Positions 42,698 through 49,091 of a stretch of DNA of 49,091 bases are shown here, piece after piece. Position 1 is the stretch's first letter. The number at the start of each line of letters is the position of its first letter. A program made the translations under genes and the position numbers. Location of the stretch: sequence record DRR378314_2518. One strand, 5' to 3'. A model generated the notes under the pieces. The model made no database searches. It saw nothing but the letters and a program-made list of their open reading frames with translations, and was not told the origin of the DNA.

Positions 42698-44332
42698 TCA
42701 ACTACTTACCTCGGTAACATCTACTTTTAACTTAAGCATTTGTCCGGGTTGTAGATAACGATTGCGTTGAATGTTGTTCCATTGTTCAATTTGACGAATG
42801 GTGACATTAAATTTATCAGCAATCCTGGCTAATGAGTCACCGCTACGCACACGGTATCTTATATTACGCATGATACTGTTAATACTGCTTTGTATCGTCG
42901 AAGAAGGCTCGGCTTCCGTCCAAACCACGAGTTCTTGTCCTGGCCTTAAATAATCCCCCGGAGCCATTGAGTTCCAGCGAGCCAAGTCACGAAGGTTTAC
43001 CTGATAAGCGCGACTGAGATCCCAGAGCGTATCGCCAGACTGAACAACGTGTTCAATACGTTTACCTGAACGTTTCTGATCTTGACGGTCTTCACGGCGC
43101 TGATCTTGCGATAACGTGTAATTGTCGATATCGAGTGTGGCAACTGGCACTAGCAAATGATCGCCTGCGCGGATGATATCACTGCTGATGTCATTAACCT
43201 GCTGTATCACGTCAACAGACGTATTGTATTTTTTGGAAATAACGAGCAGGCTCTCACCCGATTTAACCTCGTGGCGGGTCCAGCTCAGCCAGTCTTTTGG
43301 CTCTGTTTTATCCAAAGCCTGTTTAAATTTATCCGCATTTTGATTAGGCAGAAGTAAACGATGTGGGCCGTTCGGCGCCGTTGCCCAGCGGTTATAACCA
43401 GAGTTGTACTGGTGCAGTAAATCCAATGGCATGTCAGCCATATCAGCAGCTAATGCTAAGTCGATTTGTGCTGGTGTCTCAACAACCTCAAGCTTTGGCT
43501 GATTTTCGATCGGGTACCATGCCACACCATACTCTTCACTGTTGGCTAATATTTCTGCTAAAGCTAATAGCTTGGGCACGTATGCGCGAGTTTCGCGAGG
43601 TAGCGACAGATTCCAGAAGTCAGTTGGTTTGTTCAGACGCTCATTCTTGCGAATTGCAGCGGCAACTCGGCCTTCACCTGAATTATAGGCTGCCAGTGCG
43701 TGCATCCAGTCACCGTCGAAGTATCGATGAAGTGCCTGTAAATAATCGAGTGCAGCGTGTGTTGCGGCAAAAACATCGCGACGACCATCGTACCACCAGT
43801 TGATATCCAAACCATATTGACGCGCGGTACCCGGAATAAACTGCCAGACACCAGAGGCACTGCCGTGCGAATAAGCAAACGGGTCGAAAGCACTTTCGAC
43901 TATCGGCAATAAAGCCAGATCTACTGGCATATCACGTTTTTCCAGCTCTTCAACAATGAGATGCAGGTAAGGTTCAGCGCGTTTAGCAACGCGGTCTAAA
44001 TACTCCGGGTGGCTGGCATACCAGTTGCGCTGGCTTTGCACTCTGGGTACATCAGGCACATGAAAGCTCAATTGCTGGCGAATACGCACCCATAAATCTT
44101 CCTGCTCTTGCGGGGTAAGCTTTACAGGTTCGCTGATTTTGATTTCTTCTTCGGCGTGCCGACTGATCACTTCTTCCGGAATGACCGTCAGTTTAAGCTC
44201 TGTAGTTTCGTTTTTTGTATTTACCGGTTCATTATTACTAAACAGCATTGTGCTCTGGCAGCCGCTTAATGCCAAACCACTGGCCACCATACAATACTTT
44301 AACCATACGTTCTTTTGCTTGCTGTTTATCAT
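42698..44332 (-). CDS. mltD: Membrane-bound lytic murein transglycosylase D (SLT + 3 LysM)
   Basis: Lipobox LSGC; LPIVESAF, WQFIPGT, AAYNSGEG, ETRAYVPK; three LysM repeats. Confidence 0.94.
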   Translation of the reverse strand: MINSKQKNVWLKYCMVASGLALSGCQSTMLFSNNEPVNTKNETTELKLTVIPEEVISRHAEEEIKISEPVKLTPQEQEDLWVRIRQQLSFHVPDVPRVQSQRNWYASHPEYLDRVAKRAEPYLHLIVEELEKRDMPVDLALLPIVESAFDPFAYSHGSASGVWQFIPGTARQYGLDINWWYDGRRDVFAATHAALDYLQALHRYFDGDWMHALAAYNSGEGRVAAAIRKNERLNKPTDFWNLSLPRETRAYVPKLLALAEILANSEEYGVAWYPIENQPKLEVVETPAQIDLALAADMADMPLDLLHQYNSGYNRWATAPNGPHRLLLPNQNADKFKQALDKTEPKDWLSWTRHEVKSGESLLVISKKYNTSVDVIQQVNDISSDIIRAGDHLLVPVATLDIDNYTLSQDQRREDRQDQKRSGKRIEHVVQSGDTLWDLSRAYQVNLRDLARWNSMAPGDYLRPGQELVVWTEAEPSSTIQSSINSIMRNIRYRVRSGDSLARIADKFNVTIRQIEQWNNIQRNRYLQPGQMLKLKVDVTEVSS

Positions 44333-44380
44333 GCGTAATCTACTTCCGATAATTATTAAAATCTTGAGGAGTTTAAAGAA

Positions 44381-45142
44381 TCACGCATTATCTTTCCACT
44401 GTCTAATTGTATAAAAAACATCCTCGGGGCTATTTTTTACACTTTCTGCATGCTTATTTGCTGCTGCAATAACACTTTTTTGGTCAAACCGGAGAAAAGG
44501 ATTAATGGCTAACTCTAGTTGCAGCGTGCTTGGCAGAGTTATTTGCTCTTGTTCACGTAACATTCTGACCTTTTCAGCGTAACTTTGCAGCACAGCGTTC
44601 TCTGGCTCAACTTTCAATGCGAAATTTACATTCGCCTGAGTATATTCGTGGGCACAGAAGACCCGAGTTTCGCCCGGCAGCTTACGCAGCTTTAATAACG
44701 ACTGCGTAAATTGTTCTGGCGTACCTTCAAACATACGGCCACAGCCACCGGAAAACAGTGTGTCACCGCAAAACAAAAAGCCGGGAGTATAAAAACTGAT
44801 ATGGTCCAGTGTGTGTCCCGGAGTGGTTAATACCTGCCACTGAATACCTCCAACGGTCAGCTCATCGCCTTCTGTAACTGTCTTGGTGAGCGTTTTTATC
44901 TCTGGGTTTTCCGGACCGATGACCGGACACGGGCTCTGTGCTATTAATTCAGCTATGCCACCAGTGTGGTCGTAATGGTGGTGAGTGACTAAAATAGTCT
45001 CAATACTTTTACTATTTTGTTCCAACCATTGTTGAACGGGTTGGGCTTCGCCGGGGTCTACAATAATAACCTTGTCTTTATCTTTGGTTTCAATTGCCCA
45101 TATGTAATTGTCGTCGAAAGCTTCAATAGCGTGCACTCGCAT
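44381..45142 (-). CDS. gloB: Hydroxyacylglutathione hydrolase (glyoxalase II)
   Basis: DNYIW, THHHYDHTGG, TPGHT, FCGDTLFSGGCGR, CAHEYT. Confidence 0.96.
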   Translation of the reverse strand: MRVHAIEAFDDNYIWAIETKDKDKVIIVDPGEAQPVQQWLEQNSKSIETILVTHHHYDHTGGIAELIAQSPCPVIGPENPEIKTLTKTVTEGDELTVGGIQWQVLTTPGHTLDHISFYTPGFLFCGDTLFSGGCGRMFEGTPEQFTQSLLKLRKLPGETRVFCAHEYTQANVNFALKVEPENAVLQSYAEKVRMLREQEQITLPSTLQLELAINPFLRFDQKSVIAAANKHAESVKNSPEDVFYTIRQWKDNA

Positions 45143-45216
45143 GTTAACCCCTATAACGCTAGGATGAGAAACCCAGCGAGTTAGTTGAAGATAAGTTCAT
45201 AATACAGGAATTAGCC

Positions 45217-45987
45217 GTGTTAATTAAACCAGCATATTCGAAAATTGATTTAGCGGCTCCCGGGGACTGGCAGCAAATGGCTTGCGGGCACTACATGATG
45301 GAACAGACGGCTGAGTTAATTCGCGCTCATCAGCGACGGTTGAAACCAGGAAAAACCGTGGCTATAGGCTCTTTGAGTCCGGGGCTTAACGAGTGTATTA
45401 AAAATGGAGCTCAGTGGCTGACTGTCGGTACAGGTAGTGACGTAGCGGTTCGCAGCAAATTAACGGAGCTGGCTTTGAAGGAAGACAGTGTCGATAACCT
45501 AGTTGCTCCTTTTGTCCTTGAATTTTGTCGGCATCCGCACCAGCTACTTAGGGAGGTTACGAGAGTACTGGATGATGATGGCGTATTAATACTTACGGGG
45601 TTTAACCCCTATAGTCCGGCAGTAGCCAGTGGCTTTTTCATTCGCCATAAAAAGAGCTTTCCATGGTGTGGAAGGTATTTTACGCCAGTGAGAGTTAAGG
45701 ACTGGCTGGAATTATTGGGATTCGAAATTCTGGAGTCTGAATTTTATGTTTCGAATTTTCTGCACCATAGCGAACACCGGGGAAGTGACTGGTCGACGAA
45801 GCTGAGCAACCTGATACCAGGACTGCGCGCCGCTTATTTCATAGTGGCACGAAAACAAACTCTGATTAACAGATTAAAACCGTCAGCTCAAAGAAAGCAG
45901 CTTGCGGTTAATGGAAGACAGGCAGCAACAGCAATGACGACGAAACAGTTTTCAAAGTCTAATAAACAAATAAGAGGTAAATCATGA
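45217..45987 (+). CDS. YafS-like class I SAM-methyltransferase-fold protein
   Basis: LEF..HPHQLLREVTRVL...GFNP, RVKDWLELLGFE; position between gloB and rnhA. Confidence 0.8.
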   Translation: MLIKPAYSKIDLAAPGDWQQMACGHYMMEQTAELIRAHQRRLKPGKTVAIGSLSPGLNECIKNGAQWLTVGTGSDVAVRSKLTELALKEDSVDNLVAPFVLEFCRHPHQLLREVTRVLDDDGVLILTGFNPYSPAVASGFFIRHKKSFPWCGRYFTPVRVKDWLELLGFEILESEFYVSNFLHHSEHRGSDWSTKLSNLIPGLRAAYFIVARKQTLINRLKPSAQRKQLAVNGRQAATAMTTKQFSKSNKQIRGKS

Positions 45988-46373
45988 TTACAGCACAAGA
46001 GTTATGTGGAAAAGCGAAATCGAACGTCAAAGAAGTAAACACCGAAGAACTACAAAAGGCCATAGAGCAGGGCGCGCGCGTTATTGATGTAAGAGAACCG
46101 GCTGAATATGGACAGGGGCACATTCGACAAGCGGTGAACATGCCCCGTGGTGTGTTGGAAATGCAGCTAAATCAGCACCCTGATGTGGCTGGATATGACA
46201 ATGCTCTGGAACGCATCGCCGAAAAGCCTTTGTACCTTATTTGTCGAACCGGTGGTCGCTCAGCTCTGGCGGCAGAGAGCTTACAACGCATGGGGCTGGA
46301 TAATGTCTATAGCGTAGATGGCGGCATGAGTGCCTGGCAGGAAAATAAACTGCCGGTAGTTGCCGGCGAGTAA
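45984..46373 (+). CDS. Single-domain rhodanese/sulfurtransferase
   Basis: IDVREPAEY..GHI, active-site loop CRTGGRS, GGMSAW. Confidence 0.9.
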   Translation: MITAQELCGKAKSNVKEVNTEELQKAIEQGARVIDVREPAEYGQGHIRQAVNMPRGVLEMQLNQHPDVAGYDNALERIAEKPLYLICRTGGRSALAAESLQRMGLDNVYSVDGGMSAWQENKLPVVAGE

Positions 46374-46374
46374 T

Positions 46375-46848
46375 TTACTCGCCCCCAAATCCTTCATCTT
46401 CAAGCATAGGCTCGCGCGTTGCGGCGTCGCGGGCCAGTTCATCACAACGCTCATTTTGTTTATGCCCGGAATGGCCTTTAATCCATTTCCATTCAACTTT
46501 ATGACGGTTAACTTCTTCGTCCAGTTGTTGCCATAAGTCTTTATTTTTAACCGCTTTACGAGCAGAAGTACGCCAGCCGTTTTGCTTCCAGCGATGCATC
46601 CACTGCTCGACACCTTGTTTCACATACTGGCTGTCGGTAGTCAGAATGACATGACAGGAGCGCTTTAACTCGCGCAGGCCAGCGATAGTAGCCAGCATCT
46701 CCATGCGGTTATTGGTGGTCAGACGATACCCCTGACTTAATTCTTTGTGATGTTTCCCGTATTCCAGTACAGCGCCATAGCCACCCGGCCCCGGGTTTCC
46801 CAGACAAGAACCATCAGTATATAAATGAACAGTTTTTGAGTTCGACAT
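46375..46848 (-). CDS. rnhA: Ribonuclease HI
   Basis: [43 protein letters not shown]. Confidence 0.98.
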   Translation of the reverse strand: MSNSKTVHLYTDGSCLGNPGPGGYGAVLEYGKHHKELSQGYRLTTNNRMEMLATIAGLRELKRSCHVILTTDSQYVKQGVEQWMHRWKQNGWRTSARKAVKNKDLWQQLDEEVNRHKVEWKWIKGHSGHKQNERCDELARDAATREPMLEDEGFGGE

Positions 46849-46899
46849 GTTACTTGCTACTATATCCTCTGTTTCCAGCGAGTATATCAGGATTTCACC

Positions 46900-47607
46900 A
46901 TGCGTCAGGTCGTATTAGATACAGAAACTACCGGAATTGACCCTGCAAAGGGACACAGAATTATTGAAATAGGCTGTGTGGAGCTTATTAATCGCAAATT
47001 AACCGGTAATCATTTTCATGTTTACATTAATCCGGAGCGGGTGGTCGAGCAGGAAGCAATTGAAGTTCACGGTATAACCAATGACTTTTTAACCGACAAG
47101 CCCGTATTCGCTCAGGTGGTGCAAGATTTCATTGAATTTATTAAAGGCTCTCAGTTAGTTATTCATAATGCGCCATTTGACGTGGGCTTTATGGATGCTG
47201 AATTTAGTCGTATTCGCCCGGCGGTTGGCCTGACCAATGATTTCTGCTCGGTACTCGATACCTTGCAGCTTGCCCGTGAAATGCGCCCGGGGCAAAGAAA
47301 CAGTTTGGATGCACTATGCCGCGCCTACGACGTTGATAACTCTGCGCGTGAACTGCACGGCGCCTTACTGGATGCCGAGATTCTTGCTGACGTCTATTTG
47401 ATGATGACCGGTGGGCAAACGGCATTAAACCTGGCCAGCCACGGAAAAGACAATCAGGGTGGCTCACAAAAAGTGGAACATCAACGAATAACCAATCGTC
47501 CCGCATTAAAGGTTTTACGGGCAACGGCCGATGAAGAAGCATTACATCAGGAGCGTTTGGCGCGAGTCAAAGAAGAAGGTGGACATTGTCTGTGGCAAGA
47601 CTCTTAG
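46900..47607 (+). CDS. dnaQ: DNA polymerase III epsilon subunit
   Basis: [30 protein letters not shown] clamp-binding region; divergent from rnhA. Confidence 0.98.
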   Translation: MRQVVLDTETTGIDPAKGHRIIEIGCVELINRKLTGNHFHVYINPERVVEQEAIEVHGITNDFLTDKPVFAQVVQDFIEFIKGSQLVIHNAPFDVGFMDAEFSRIRPAVGLTNDFCSVLDTLQLAREMRPGQRNSLDALCRAYDVDNSARELHGALLDAEILADVYLMMTGGQTALNLASHGKDNQGGSQKVEHQRITNRPALKVLRATADEEALHQERLARVKEEGGHCLWQDS

Positions 47608-48926
47608 CAGTATTATTGGTTTTAATAAGTAGCTCATCAGCCTACGCGGTACAGAGTTTTAGCACGGTTGACTCTGACTCGAAAGAGGAAGTTGAAAAGC
47701 GTGCGATGAGCCTTATTGAAGGCGATCTTACTAATAAATTGCCAATTAAAGGGCAAAGTTTCCGCATAGACGAGAACGTTGAAGAGATTACTCTGTTATT
47801 TTTCCGCGAGCCGGGTAGCAAGCCCCTGATTCTCATCAAGCCTGATGGGAGCAAGTGGTACGATACTCGTTATCCAGCGGACAAAGTAACTTGGTATACC
47901 GATCCTAACTTTGACATTATCCGGATAAAAGAACCTCAGCCTGGTCCCTGGCAGGCGGCTGGTCGCATCGATGAAGAAAATAAAGCCTTAGTTATTTCTG
48001 ATATTCGCTTTGAAGCTGAGCCTTTACCTAGTCCATTATTCCAGAACGAAGAGCTGAAAGTAGAAGGAAAACTCTATAATGGCGACGAAGTGGTTAAAAC
48101 TTCACGTTTTCGTCAGACCGTTTTGCTGGATGTTCTATTTGTCAGTACCAATAACTCAGACTTTGATAACTTCGGCTCGAATCCGTCACGTGTGGCACAA
48201 TTTGAAGACGACGGGCGAGGGCATGACGAAAGAGCGGGTGATGGTATATTTACCGGTTTCTTTAATCTGGATGTTGTACCAGGTGAGTGGATGGCCACTT
48301 ATGAAATGACCACCCCTCTGTACCAACGAGTGTTTGAATCAGGCCCTGTTGAGGTTAAGCCGTTACCAGTTGAATTTAATGTTATTCAGTCAGAGTCTGT
48401 GGACGATAATCATCAATTAGTCGTTCGTGTTAATGAGGACTGGATAGATCCACAGAGCCTGGTGATTAATGGCGAAACCAGCTTCCCTAACGGAGAAGTT
48501 CGTAAATTTACGGTCAGCCAGATAGAGGGTTTCCCGCACAGTGTCGAAATTGCCAACCTGGCTTTTGGTAAACACCTTATAGACTTAGATATTTTTGCCA
48601 CTAGTGTAGGGGGGCGTGAGTTTGAAGCCAGAATTGATGACTTTAGTTTTATTGCAAAGGAACCGCCTCCACCTGAACCGACAGCCGCAGAGCTGGCTGA
48701 ACGACAGCAAATAGAGCTTGAGCGTCAACGTGAACAGGCAAGACTAGAGCGCGAGGCTAAGCAAAAGCAGGCGATGACCAATCTTATCATTATTGTTGTT
48801 GTTAATATTGTTCTCATTGCGTTAGCTTTAGTTGGGCTGTGGTGGTTTAAGTTTCGTCGGAAAAAAGTTGCCGTTGAGAGCGATGAAGCGGAAGCTGAAA
48901 AACCAGAGAAAAGTGGTAAAAAGTGA
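47586..48926 (+). CDS. TIGR03503-like exported protein with C-terminal membrane anchor
   Basis: Signal peptide; FRID..VEEITLLFFR..GS.P.IL..PDGSKW; C-terminal TM followed by KFRRKK; follows dnaQ; start may be GTG 47592. Confidence 0.75.
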   Translation: MSVARLLAVLLVLISSSSAYAVQSFSTVDSDSKEEVEKRAMSLIEGDLTNKLPIKGQSFRIDENVEEITLLFFREPGSKPLILIKPDGSKWYDTRYPADKVTWYTDPNFDIIRIKEPQPGPWQAAGRIDEENKALVISDIRFEAEPLPSPLFQNEELKVEGKLYNGDEVVKTSRFRQTVLLDVLFVSTNNSDFDNFGSNPSRVAQFEDDGRGHDERAGDGIFTGFFNLDVVPGEWMATYEMTTPLYQRVFESGPVEVKPLPVEFNVIQSESVDDNHQLVVRVNEDWIDPQSLVINGETSFPNGEVRKFTVSQIEGFPHSVEIANLAFGKHLIDLDIFATSVGGREFEARIDDFSFIAKEPPPPEPTAAELAERQQIELERQREQARLEREAKQKQAMTNLIIIVVVNIVLIALALVGLWWFKFRRKKVAVESDEAEAEKPEKSGKK

Positions 48927-48974
48927 CCTTTGTGGTTAAAAAAGCACAGATCTGAATATAAATCAGACAGTCGG

Positions 48975-49032
48975 TTAAAATCTTTAAAAAAAGTGTTGAC
49001 TCATTTGCCCCTCACTCGTAATATGCACGCCG
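48975..49032 (+). promoter_or_regulatory. Stable-RNA sigma70 promoter with UP element and GC-rich discriminator
   Basis: A tracts, TTGACT (48996-49001), 17 nt, TAATAT (49019-24), GCACGCCG. Confidence 0.85.
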
Positions 49033-49066
49033 CGTTGAGGGAGACTTCAACGTGTAGTACTAATGC

Positions 49067-49091
49067 GGAGTGGTAGTTCAGTTGGTTAGAA
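49067..49091 (+). tRNA. 5' part of a tRNA, probably tRNA-Asp (anticodon outside the window)
   Basis: GGAGTGG-TA-GTTC-AGTTGGTTA-GAA matches the acceptor and D arm of gammaproteobacterial tRNA-Asp; tRNA-Asp lies near dnaQ in E. coli. Confidence 0.8.

Overview
Gene-dense, core-genome stretch of a gammaproteobacterial chromosome. Gene order, acidic proteins and marine-type genes suggest Alteromonadales, probably Idiomarina-like (inference). It runs from a truncated tRNA-Arg(ACG) to the start of a probable tRNA-Asp. It carries oadGAB, a hybrid histidine kinase, gshA, an SLT-type lipoprotein, yfjD-ypjD, ffh, rpsP-rimM-trmD-rplS, tyrA, a cytochrome b/c' pair, two exported amidohydrolases, a partner-switching (STAS plus REC-PP2C-GHKL) signalling cluster, cysB, sdaA, nudL-pabB, class I fumarase, rmuC, cysZ, smc-zipA-ligA, mltD-gloB, rnhA, dnaQ and a TIGR03503-like protein. 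I saw no mobile element, prophage, CRISPR array or defence island. Two elements are missing from the ORF track. (1) A candidate sigmaE-dependent small RNA of about 87 nt lies on the minus strand right behind gshA (about 8006-8092). It has a GAACTT-16-TCTCA promoter, an intrinsic terminator and a MicA-like core, and it occupies the micA position although luxS is absent from this locus. (2) A 57-aa two-helix membrane microprotein (3433-3606, minus) lies directly downstream of the hybrid kinase. All family calls come from motif recognition by eye, not database searches.
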